A stretch of 64,000 nt of DNA from Candidatus Peregrinibacteria bacterium GW2011_GWF2_38_29 (lineage in GTDB: Bacteria > Patescibacteriota > Gracilibacteria > UBA1369 > UBA12463), in the NCBI GenBank assembly GCA_000992695.1, contig LBUS01000004.1, forward strand, positions 17,454 through 81,453, in the 5' to 3' direction. Position numbers and translations under genes: made by a program. Below the pieces are notes generated by a model. It ran no database searches. It was not told where the DNA came from and saw nothing but the letters and a program-made list of their open reading frames with translations. Each line of letters starts with the position of its first letter. Within the stretch, counting starts at the first letter, position 1. Shown here piece after piece: positions 34,084 to 42,943 of this stretch.

Positions 34084-34491
34084 ATGTTTGCAATAGTTGA
34101 AATCAAAGGACAACAATTCAAAGTAAGCCCAAAAGACAAGCTTCAAATCAATAGAATTGAAACCAAAGAAGGCGAAGACATATCATTCAGAAGAGTTCTT
34201 CTTGTCGCAGAAGGCGAAAAAGTCGAGATAGGAAAGCCATATTTAACGACTTACGAAGTAACTGCAAAAGTTTTGGAACATTTCAGAAACAAAACAGTTC
34301 GTGTGTTTAAAATGAAAAGCAAATCAAGAAATCACAAGACAATCGGTAACAGACAACATTATACAAATATCGAAATTCTTGATATCAAAACAGCAGGCGC
34401 AAAACCAACTGTCAAAACAGAAGAAAAACCTGCAAAAGAAGCAAAACCAGCAGCTCCAAAAGTTAAAAAATCAACAAAAACAGCTGCTTAA
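34084..34491 (+). CDS. rplU: 50S ribosomal protein L21 with a Lys/Ala/Pro-rich C-terminal extension
   Basis: MFAIVEIKGQQFKV start typical of L21. 135 aa. Confidence 0.9.
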   Translation: MFAIVEIKGQQFKVSPKDKLQINRIETKEGEDISFRRVLLVAEGEKVEIGKPYLTTYEVTAKVLEHFRNKTVRVFKMKSKSRNHKTIGNRQHYTNIEILDIKTAGAKPTVKTEEKPAKEAKPAAPKVKKSTKTAA

Positions 34492-35393
34492 AGAATTTTA
34501 TCTAAAACACTTTTTAAATCCGCTGAGAGCTTGCTTTCAACGGATTTATTTTTGCCCGTTGATGGAAGAACAAAATCTATCAAATGTGCATGTAAAAATT
34601 GTCTTTTTAAACCGTACTTCCTATCAAATTCAATATTTGCGGTTTTATTGCCATATGCCTTATCACCGGCAACCGGAAAGCCAATAGAAGCCAAATGAAC
34701 CCTAATCTGATGCGTTCTACCGGTTTCAATCTCAATATCTAACAAAGAACAAGGGCCGTAATACCTGATGACCTTGTAATGCGTCACAGCATTTCGCAAT
34801 TTATTTGAAAAAACCGACATTTTTTTGCGATCCTTTAATGACCTGCCAATTCCGGCCTCAATCGTACCGCGAAGTGGTTTCAAATGCCCATAAACAAGAG
34901 CGGTATAACGCTTCTTAACAACTCTATCAGCAAATTGCTTAGATAAAATCGCACGCGCTTCAGCGTTTTTCGCAGTAACAAAAATCCCTGAAGTGTCTTT
35001 ATCAAGCCTATGAACAAGGAATTTATCGCTATCAAAATCCGCAAATAAACTATCTTCACTTTTTGAAACAACAAGCCCAGGCGGCTTATCCAAAACAGCG
35101 ACATCTTTGTCCTCATAAAGCACAGGCAAAATCACTTTTTTCTGAGGCTTAAGAATTTCACTTTCAACATTTTCACCATCAACAAACACATCGATTTTAT
35201 CGCCGCGCTTCAAAGTAACGCCGGCTTTTGTAGGCTTAGAATTAACAAAAACATCACCTAGCTTAATCATCTTTTGAATTTCACTACGGCTCTCACCATA
35301 CATTTTCTGTGACAAAAAAACATCCAGTCTTAAATTATTTCCATCCAAGATAAAAGACAGCTTTTTGTGTTTTTGAGTTCTCATTGGATTCAA
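34488..35393 (-). CDS. RluA/RluD-family pseudouridine synthase
   Basis: S4-like N-terminus (LRLDVFLS) and catalytic HRLDKDTSG motif. Confidence 0.88.
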   Translation of the reverse strand: MNPMRTQKHKKLSFILDGNNLRLDVFLSQKMYGESRSEIQKMIKLGDVFVNSKPTKAGVTLKRGDKIDVFVDGENVESEILKPQKKVILPVLYEDKDVAVLDKPPGLVVSKSEDSLFADFDSDKFLVHRLDKDTSGIFVTAKNAEARAILSKQFADRVVKKRYTALVYGHLKPLRGTIEAGIGRSLKDRKKMSVFSNKLRNAVTHYKVIRYYGPCSLLDIEIETGRTHQIRVHLASIGFPVAGDKAYGNKTANIEFDRKYGLKRQFLHAHLIDFVLPSTGKNKSVESKLSADLKSVLDKIL

Positions 35394-36072
35394 TTATAGC
35401 ACCAAACATCGAGCCAGAAATAAAAGAGATTGACGCAATTTTGTTTTCATAGATATATATCTCATTTTCGAACTTCATCTTTTTAAGCTTAAATTCAATG
35501 TTTTTTCGAGCTATATCAGAAAAATAAACACGTGAAATAGCACTATCCATAACAATCATTTTCATTTTATTTTTCTTCAAAATACATCTCGCATCAAAAT
35601 CTTTAACTATTTCGGAAGCTTGACCTGTAATCCAAGAATCAACGCATCTATATGCTAAAATTTCATCCTTAGAATTAGCAACGTCATCAAGAACGTTTTT
35701 AACACCCTGAATCCCTTCAAAAAAACCAACGCTTGATTTTGACATATAGGGATTAAACCTCGCACGCAGATCAGGCAAAACATTCCTCATTTCACTCTCC
35801 AGTCTACTAAATTCTTCTTTTTTGCGCTTTATAACGTCAACTAAATCTTCAGGAGAAACCGGACTAAAATACTGAATATTTAATTTATTAAATTTACTAA
35901 CAAATCCAAGCTTAATAAGTTCAGCTAAAATGGGGTAAAGAGTTGTTCGATTCAAATTTGTCTTTTTTGCAACAATGCTCACGGGCTGGCTACCAAGTTC
36001 AAGCAAAGCCATGAACACATAAATTTGCTTTATATTCAGCCCGATATTTGTTAATATGTCTTCTACGATCAT
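35335..36072 (-). CDS. TrmB-family helix-turn-helix transcriptional regulator
   Basis: N-terminal wHTH LGLNIKQIYVFMALLELGSQPVSIVAKKTNLNRTTLYPILAELIKLGFV. The start is placed at MIVEDIL (36072); the ORF is open to 36126. Confidence 0.65.
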   Translation of the reverse strand: MIVEDILTNIGLNIKQIYVFMALLELGSQPVSIVAKKTNLNRTTLYPILAELIKLGFVSKFNKLNIQYFSPVSPEDLVDVIKRKKEEFSRLESEMRNVLPDLRARFNPYMSKSSVGFFEGIQGVKNVLDDVANSKDEILAYRCVDSWITGQASEIVKDFDARCILKKNKMKMIVMDSAISRVYFSDIARKNIEFKLKKMKFENEIYIYENKIASISFISGSMFGAIIESNENSKTQKAVFYLGWK

Positions 36073-36216
36073 ATTGCAAAATGTAATAAAGATCATATTA
36101 TCTAACAAAATATTGCATTTTGTCAATAGATTCGTTACAATACAGTTCTAAGTTTAATTTTTTGAGAAAACAAGATATAATACGGACGAAATCAATACCG
36201 TAAAAACAAAAAAATT

Positions 36217-37404
36217 ATGGATAAAAGCATATTGTCAGAAGTTCTTAACAGAGGAGTGGCAGACGTTATCGTTCGTGCAGAGCTTGAAGAAGCCTTAAAA
36301 AGCGGCAAAACATTAAACGTAAAGCTTGGAATAGACCCATCAGGCGCAGATCTTCATATCGGCCACATGGTTGTAATTAAAAAATTAAAACAGTTACAAG
36401 ATCTTGGGCACAAGATCTTTCTTCTTTTCGGTAATTTCACGGGACAAATAGGAGATCCAACGGATAAACTCGAAGCTCGTAAAGTAAAAACAAAAGAAGA
36501 GCTCGAAGAAAATGCAAGAACATACGTAAAACAAGCAGGCAAAATACTTGATCCAAAAAAAGTGGAAATCGTTTGGAATGCCGATTGGCTTGAGAAATTA
36601 ACATTCAAAAAAGTCATTAAACTTTCCCAAATATTCACAGTTTCTCAAATGCTTGAACGTGATATGTATCAAGAAAGAATAAAGAAAAACGCGCCAATTT
36701 ATATGCACGAATTTTTCTATCCTTTAATGCAAGGATATGACTCTGTAGCGCTAAAGTCCGACATTGAACTTGGTGGAACCGATCAAACGTTTAATTTACT
36801 TGCAGGCCGTGAAATGCAACGCTCACTCGGACAAAAACCACAATCAATCATCACGGTTCCAATTCTTGAAGGAACCGATGGAAAACTAAAAATGGGCAAA
36901 ACAACAGGCAACTACATCGGTATAAACGAACCTCCAAAGGATATGTTCGGCAAAACAATGTCAATTTCAGACAATTTAATAATTAAATATTTTGAATTAA
37001 CCACAAACGTCCCGCTCAAAGAAATAAAGAAAATGGAAAAAGCTATGGCTGAAGGTGAAAATCCTCGCAATCTAAAAGTAAAACTGGCACATGAACTCGT
37101 GTCATTTTATCACTCAAAGGAGCTTGCAGATCAAGCAGAACAAGAGTTTGCAAACATATTTAGCAAAAATGCATTACCGGATGAAATAGAGGAAAAGAAA
37201 TTTCCAAAAGGGGAGTATAAACTTATAGATTTATTAGCCATGTCAGAACTTTTATCATCAAAAGGTGAAGCAAGAAGAATGATTCAAGGAGGCGGAGTAA
37301 AAATCAATGACGAAAAAGTTTCTGATGAAAACATGACAATCAAGCTCGATAAAGAATATTTATTGCAAGTCGGGAAACGCAAATTTCTCAAAATCAAACC
37401 ATGA
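36217..37404 (+). CDS. tyrS: Tyrosine--tRNA ligase
   Basis: GIDPSGADLHIGH (HIGH), KMGKT (KMSKS) and a C-terminal S4-like domain. 395 aa. Confidence 0.93.
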   Translation: MDKSILSEVLNRGVADVIVRAELEEALKSGKTLNVKLGIDPSGADLHIGHMVVIKKLKQLQDLGHKIFLLFGNFTGQIGDPTDKLEARKVKTKEELEENARTYVKQAGKILDPKKVEIVWNADWLEKLTFKKVIKLSQIFTVSQMLERDMYQERIKKNAPIYMHEFFYPLMQGYDSVALKSDIELGGTDQTFNLLAGREMQRSLGQKPQSIITVPILEGTDGKLKMGKTTGNYIGINEPPKDMFGKTMSISDNLIIKYFELTTNVPLKEIKKMEKAMAEGENPRNLKVKLAHELVSFYHSKELADQAEQEFANIFSKNALPDEIEEKKFPKGEYKLIDLLAMSELLSSKGEARRMIQGGGVKINDEKVSDENMTIKLDKEYLLQVGKRKFLKIKP

Positions 37405-39137
37405 AAAAGAATCGCAATAATGAAAATCAAATTCCAACTGAATTAATAAATAAAATTCAAGATAATTTTTGTAAAACGCTTGATATTGCACTCGCGATAT
37501 ACAATGTAAACGGCAACAATATAACGAAAGAAATGAATTTAAGCACATTCTGGAACAGTTTCATACTTGGAAATCCGCTTGTTTATCCAAAGTGCAAAGC
37601 CGCAGACATTAATGCAATAAAAACATGCATAAGCTCAAATAGCTCACACATTTATAATATTTATTGCGACATCGCAGCATTTGCAGTACCAATTTCAATA
37701 GGAGGAAAGGTCATAGCTGTATGTATAGGTGGAAAAACAAGAACTGAAAACCCAAATCTTAAGCTATGCAAAACAGAAGCTGAAAATTCAGGTATCAACT
37801 TTGATACATTCTTGGAAGCTTATCTGGAAATACCTCTTGTATCAACAGATCAGCTAAAACTAATTGGAAATCTTCTAAAAAACACGATTGAAACAATTCT
37901 GGATCTAAATGCCAATAAAAAGCATACAAAAAGCAAAATCGACGAAATGCAGATAATGAATGACATGCTGAAAGAAGAGGTATATTCAAGAACAAAAATA
38001 CTTTACGAAACAAACCAAAAATATAAATCCATTGTTGAAAATGCAATAGACATAATCGCAACAATAAATAAAAATGGCATATTCACAGAAATGAATAGCG
38101 CAATAACGGAAAATCTCGAATTCACAAAAGAAGAAGTGATAGGAATGCATTTTTCAAAGTTAGTCGCACAAGAAGACATGCTAAAAATCGCAAAAATGAT
38201 AGAAAATTTTGTTAATCATGGCATAGACAAAGAGAGCATGATAATCGCATGCATTGACGCTCAAGAAAACGAAAAAATATTCTCAATAAGCGCAAAACCA
38301 ATATATGACAATCTTGGAAATCTCACAGAAATTCAATGTATTATGCATGACATAACAAAAAGAAAACTTCTTGAAAAAGAATTGCACAAAACAAAAGATG
38401 AATACGTTCAATTATTCGATTCGATAAAAGACGGAGTATATTCCACGGATTTAAAAGGAAATCTATTAAAAGCAAATGAATCATTTTCAAAAATATTCGG
38501 ATATAAAAAAGAGGATTTAAAAACAATAACAATATGGGACTTATTCACTAATAAAAAAGAGGCGAAAGACTTTATAGAACAAATTGAAAACACAAAAGAG
38601 TCATCAAACCTTATAACAACTGCAAAAAATAAATCCGAAAAAGAATTTTACGTTGAATGGAATATAGCTCCAGCAAAAAACGAAAAAGGCGAAATAATGG
38701 GACACAATGGGGTTATAAGAGACATAACAAGTAGAATGAAATACATCTCAATCGCAAAAGCGGAAGCCACAAAATACCAATCATTATTTGATAATTTGCA
38801 AGAAGGAATAATAATCACAAATGAAAAAGGAGAAATAAAAGAATATAACCAAAAAATTGCACACATATTCAAACGTCAAATAAATGCCGGAACACACATA
38901 AGCGAACTTATACCGGAAATAACGTGTGAAAAAGTGCAAAGATTAGCTAAAAAAGGACAAATTGACATTGGATACATAAAAGAATTTGCAATATCGGGAG
39001 TAAAGCTTGAAGTCGAAGGAGAAATTTTATTTCAATGGATGATGAAAGAAGTTTGTAAAATCGATTACGTACACGAAAAAGGCGCAATAAATAACGTCCC
39101 CCTTGATGTTAAACACGCAGATATCAAAAGCAATTAA
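37401..39137 (+). CDS. PocR-like sensor domain followed by about three PAS domains, with no recognisable output domain
   Basis: N-terminal Cys-containing PocR-like region (..IAAFAVPISIGGKVIAVCIGG..). Repeated PAS-like blocks (..GIFTEMNSAITENLEFTKEEVIG.., ..LLKANESFSKIFGYKKEDL.., ..RDITSR..). No kinase, GGDEF or HTH seen. Confidence 0.6.
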   Translation: MKKNRNNENQIPTELINKIQDNFCKTLDIALAIYNVNGNNITKEMNLSTFWNSFILGNPLVYPKCKAADINAIKTCISSNSSHIYNIYCDIAAFAVPISIGGKVIAVCIGGKTRTENPNLKLCKTEAENSGINFDTFLEAYLEIPLVSTDQLKLIGNLLKNTIETILDLNANKKHTKSKIDEMQIMNDMLKEEVYSRTKILYETNQKYKSIVENAIDIIATINKNGIFTEMNSAITENLEFTKEEVIGMHFSKLVAQEDMLKIAKMIENFVNHGIDKESMIIACIDAQENEKIFSISAKPIYDNLGNLTEIQCIMHDITKRKLLEKELHKTKDEYVQLFDSIKDGVYSTDLKGNLLKANESFSKIFGYKKEDLKTITIWDLFTNKKEAKDFIEQIENTKESSNLITTAKNKSEKEFYVEWNIAPAKNEKGEIMGHNGVIRDITSRMKYISIAKAEATKYQSLFDNLQEGIIITNEKGEIKEYNQKIAHIFKRQINAGTHISELIPEITCEKVQRLAKKGQIDIGYIKEFAISGVKLEVEGEILFQWMMKEVCKIDYVHEKGAINNVPLDVKHADIKSN

Positions 39138-41142
39138 AACAACCGGAAAACACCTAAAGCTTCTAGAAAAACTTGGCATAAAAACGGTTGAAGACTTTAT
39201 CAATTATTTTCCGCGTGATTATACGGATGCTTCGGAAGTAACAAAATTGGCTTATTTAAAAATAAATCAACTCACAACATTCAAAGGCACAATAATAAAT
39301 ATAGAAAGCTCTCGCACGAAAAACGGAAAATTCATAATAAAAGCGGTTTTTAAAGATGATACGGGGATGATAGAAATAATATGGTTCAACCAACCATACA
39401 TAACAAGGGTTTTAAGAAAGGGGAGTGAGATTTTCATTTCAGGTAAGGCAAAAATAGCCGGTGGGCACATGATTTTATCAAGCCCGACATTTGAAATTGT
39501 AAAACAAGAACAAATCCATACGGCGCGAATTATTCCTATTTATCATGAGACTGGAGGAATTTCTTCAAAGTGGATTCGTGAAAAATTAAAGCCAATTCTT
39601 GAAAGTGAAATACAAAACATTGAAGAATATTTACCGGAAGAAATAATCCAAAAATTTGGCTTAATATCAATAAAAGAAGCTATTTATCAAATTCACTTTC
39701 CAAAAGACGAAAGTACAATTGGAAAAGCCGTAAAAAGACTTGGATTTGATGAACTTTTATTAATACATCTGAAATCTTTAATTGCAAAATATAAAAACCA
39801 AAAAGCATCCGCGGGAACTTCAAAATCAATAAAAATCAATTACGAAACAATAAAGTCATTTTTAAAAACACTGCCTTTTGAGCTTACAAAAGCACAAAAA
39901 CTCACACTCACAGAAATATTGAAAGACATGGAAAGGCCTCATCCAATGGCAAGATTGCTTCAAGGAGACGTTGGCTCAGGAAAAACAATAGTAGCCGGAA
40001 TAGCGGCTTTTGCAGCCATAAAACAAGGTTATCAAACTGTGTTCATGGCGCCAACTGAAATTCTTGCAAAACAACACTCAAAAACCTTTGAAAAATTCTT
40101 CAAGCCACAAGGGATAAAAATTGAATTATTAATTGGAAGCACTTCAAGCAAAACCAAAAAAGAAATTCTGGAAAAACTCAAAAAAGGCGAAATAAATTTA
40201 ATTATTGGCACTCACGCCTTAATTCAAAAAGAAGTAAAATTCAAAAATCTGGGACTTGCAATAATCGACGAACAACACAGATTTGGCGTTCTTCAGCGCG
40301 AAATTCTAAATTCGCACGGTTTTCCACACACATTAAACCTTTCCGCAACTCCAATTCCACGCACGCTCGCGCTAACAATTTATGGAGATCAAGACTTAAG
40401 CATCATCGACGAAATGCCACCTGGCAGAAAAATTATCGCAACTCACATAGTTCCCGAAAATAAGCGCAAAGACGCTTACAACTGGATCCGCAGACAAATA
40501 AAAGAAAAGAAAACTCAAGTTTTCATAATTTGTCCGTTAATAGATGAATCAGATAAAATTGAGATTAAAACCGTAAACGAGGAATATCGATATCTGGCAA
40601 ATGATATATTCCCGGATTTGGAAGTCAGTTTTATTCATGGGAAATTATCTCAAGACGACAAAGACCGCATAATGAATGATTTCCAGGAAAACCGCATAAA
40701 TATATTGGTTTCGACATCTATAATTGAAGTTGGCATTGATGTTCCAAATGCTTCGATAATGATCATTGAAGGCTCAGAAAGGTTTGGTTTAAGCCAATTA
40801 CATCAATTTAGAGGCAGAATTGGGCGAGGGGAGCAGCAATCCTATTGTTTCCTGTTCACAAACGCAAAATCCGAGGATGGAGTAAAACGCTTAAACGCCA
40901 TGACAAAATTCCATAGTGGCTTTAAGCTGGCGGAAATCGACTTATCAATCCGTGGCCCAGGAGAAATTTTTGGTGTTCGCCAAAGCGGAATTCCAGATCT
41001 AAAAGTTGCCAGTTTGACAGATTCTGTTTTAATTTCAAAAGTTCATGAAACCGCAACTATATTAATGAGCAACGATCCGGAACTTTTAAAGTTTCCAAAA
41101 TTAAAAGAAAAATTAAAAAAACTTTCAGAAATTCAAAACTAA
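39103..41142 (+). CDS. recG: ATP-dependent DNA helicase RecG
   Basis: Wedge/OB N-terminus, Walker A GDVGSGKT, DEQH box and the TPIPRTL motif. 679 aa. Confidence 0.93.
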   Translation: MMLNTQISKAIKTTGKHLKLLEKLGIKTVEDFINYFPRDYTDASEVTKLAYLKINQLTTFKGTIINIESSRTKNGKFIIKAVFKDDTGMIEIIWFNQPYITRVLRKGSEIFISGKAKIAGGHMILSSPTFEIVKQEQIHTARIIPIYHETGGISSKWIREKLKPILESEIQNIEEYLPEEIIQKFGLISIKEAIYQIHFPKDESTIGKAVKRLGFDELLLIHLKSLIAKYKNQKASAGTSKSIKINYETIKSFLKTLPFELTKAQKLTLTEILKDMERPHPMARLLQGDVGSGKTIVAGIAAFAAIKQGYQTVFMAPTEILAKQHSKTFEKFFKPQGIKIELLIGSTSSKTKKEILEKLKKGEINLIIGTHALIQKEVKFKNLGLAIIDEQHRFGVLQREILNSHGFPHTLNLSATPIPRTLALTIYGDQDLSIIDEMPPGRKIIATHIVPENKRKDAYNWIRRQIKEKKTQVFIICPLIDESDKIEIKTVNEEYRYLANDIFPDLEVSFIHGKLSQDDKDRIMNDFQENRINILVSTSIIEVGIDVPNASIMIIEGSERFGLSQLHQFRGRIGRGEQQSYCFLFTNAKSEDGVKRLNAMTKFHSGFKLAEIDLSIRGPGEIFGVRQSGIPDLKVASLTDSVLISKVHETATILMSNDPELLKFPKLKEKLKKLSEIQN

Positions 41143-41590
41143 ATAAAATTTTGGATTTTTTCAAAAATTTATAAAAATTTCATTAAACGTTTAAAAAGTT
41201 TTCATAAAAATTTGTTATAATTATTTGTTTATAATTTTTTACCAAAACTACGAAAAATAATAAAAACCACTATCAAAAATAGAACGGGGACGACCAAAAT
41301 ATCAGCTTTTAATAAAAAACACGTTAAAACGCAATATTTTACGTCATGGCTATTTTAAGGCTTATTTAAGCCAAAATTCAAGGGTTAGGGAAGTCAAAAT
41401 ACCGCTTTTTTAGCCAAAAATAAGGAAACGAAAGGGTAAACAAAGCACAAGAACATTTCATAACAAATTTTACAAAGAATATACATTTTATTATTCGCGG
41501 AGAACTATAAAAAATAACAAAAGAATACATAAATATATAAAAATAGGTAAATCAAGCCAAGCCAACAAACCGCCAAATCCATACCTATCT

Positions 41591-41620
41591 TACTTTGTAC
41601 AAGATACATTGTACAAAGTA
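41591..41620. repeat. Perfect 12-bp inverted repeat with a 6-nt spacer
   Basis: TACTTTGTACAA-GATACA-TTGTACAAAGTA. Each arm contains TGTACA. It lies 51 nt downstream of the metallophosphoesterase stop and has no flanking T-run. Confidence 0.7.
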
Positions 41621-41670
41621 TCATACCAAACTGGAAAACCACTACCCTACCATGACATATATAAAATATG

Positions 41671-42888
41671 TTATGCCTTAACAAGTCTTAATAAAGTTGC
41701 TCCTTCTTTTTCAACACCAAGTCTAAATGGAACATTTGAAGAAAATCCGGGTTGTATATAAGACATGGTTCTTCTGGTTAAAGGCTTCCATCCCCTTTTG
41801 TGTTCATGAAAATTTCTATAATATCCACCTCTCATCATAAAGTCCACGCCATCAAATCTCCCACCAAAAGCAATCTCACCACCATGCAAATGGCCAGACA
41901 AAATAAGATCCAAAGAACCAGAACAGCGATTATTTAAAGCATCTAAACTATGAGTAAGCAAAATATTGGTTTGTGCTCTATGCTTAGCCAAACGTGGCAA
42001 TTTCGGATCACCAAATAATGGATCATCAACGCCATGAAAATTAATTGGCTCCCCTTTTATAAAAAATTGCCGCGAAGCATTCGTCACGTCTTCAAAACCA
42101 GCCTCTTCCATTTTTTTTCTAACAATATCAGAAGCCCCAGGGACAGGTTTATGTCCATCAGTTCCAAAATCATGATTACCTAAAACAAAAAGCCTTGGAC
42201 AAGAATGCTCAGGCGTATCAAATAAACTAAATAATTTAAGACCATCAACTGCGGTTTCATCAAAATCCGTAACCTTATTATGTATATAATCTCCGGTAGC
42301 AACAATAAAATCAGGCCTTATGCCTTTTCTGAGCATGCTTTCTACAAGATCAGACATTTTATTTGCAGACTTATGATTTGGCTTAAAATGTATATCGGAT
42401 AATTGAAGTATTGTCGTACCAACAAGCTCATCAGGCAAATCTAAAATTGGTACATCGTAAGTATATAAACCAGTGTTACGCATTGGCTCAAATTTTTCAG
42501 TAGCCTCTATCCTATGCAAACGTTTGTGCGCATCATGCATATCTTGTTCAAGGCGCTTTCTAATACGATCATTATTAACAGTAATGGCACCATAAGGATC
42601 GTCCGCACAATGAACATCTGAAAAATGTTTAAAGTCATCTGCGTCTATATCTCCATCATCATCAGCATCATCAAGATCATCAATTACGCCATCGCGATTC
42701 GCATCCAAATCCCTGAACCATCTTTCTATCCTATCCACAGAATCAACTCCGGCCTCCTGACAAAAAGCTCTAAATTCAGGCCAATTCACTCGCCCATCAT
42801 GATTTCTATCCGCAGCATTAAGCAAAGTTCCCAAATCAGCAGAAACTTCACTTTCAAAAAGCCTTCTTATATGATCCGATAAACCCAT
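41671..42888 (-). CDS. EF-hand pair fused to a calcineurin-like metallophosphoesterase
   Basis: Canonical EF loops DRNHDGRVNWPE and DANRDGVIDDLD, then an Asp-rich linker. MPE motifs follow: LSDIHF, GDYIH, GNHDF, and GHLHGG near the C-terminus. Confidence 0.8.
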   Translation of the reverse strand: MGLSDHIRRLFESEVSADLGTLLNAADRNHDGRVNWPEFRAFCQEAGVDSVDRIERWFRDLDANRDGVIDDLDDADDDGDIDADDFKHFSDVHCADDPYGAITVNNDRIRKRLEQDMHDAHKRLHRIEATEKFEPMRNTGLYTYDVPILDLPDELVGTTILQLSDIHFKPNHKSANKMSDLVESMLRKGIRPDFIVATGDYIHNKVTDFDETAVDGLKLFSLFDTPEHSCPRLFVLGNHDFGTDGHKPVPGASDIVRKKMEEAGFEDVTNASRQFFIKGEPINFHGVDDPLFGDPKLPRLAKHRAQTNILLTHSLDALNNRCSGSLDLILSGHLHGGEIAFGGRFDGVDFMMRGGYYRNFHEHKRGWKPLTRRTMSYIQPGFSSNVPFRLGVEKEGATLLRLVKA

Positions 42889-42943
42889 TTTTAGCTATTT
42901 ATTATACTATATTATACAATAAATAGCGCGAAAGATCAATAAT

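Noticed and set aside
36127-36216. T-box leader upstream of tyrS.
   Set aside because: Only about 145 nt separate the divergent genes, and a promoter-like TATAAT (about 36177-36182) leaves a leader of about 35 nt. No specifier or antiterminator architecture or T-box consensus is visible.
41143-41260. Chromosomal replication origin, suggested by AAAAATTT repeats and very AT-rich DNA.
   Set aside because: I found no DnaA-box-like 9-mers (TTATCCACA or its complement), and there is no dnaA, dnaN or gidA context. AT-richness alone is not diagnostic in this genome.
42874-42888. N-terminal MG.. of the EF-hand phosphoesterase as a eukaryote-like N-myristoylation signal.
   Set aside because: The sequence MGLSDH does not fit the M-G-x-x-x-S/T consensus (position 6 is His). 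A bacterial host would also lack the N-myristoyltransferase.
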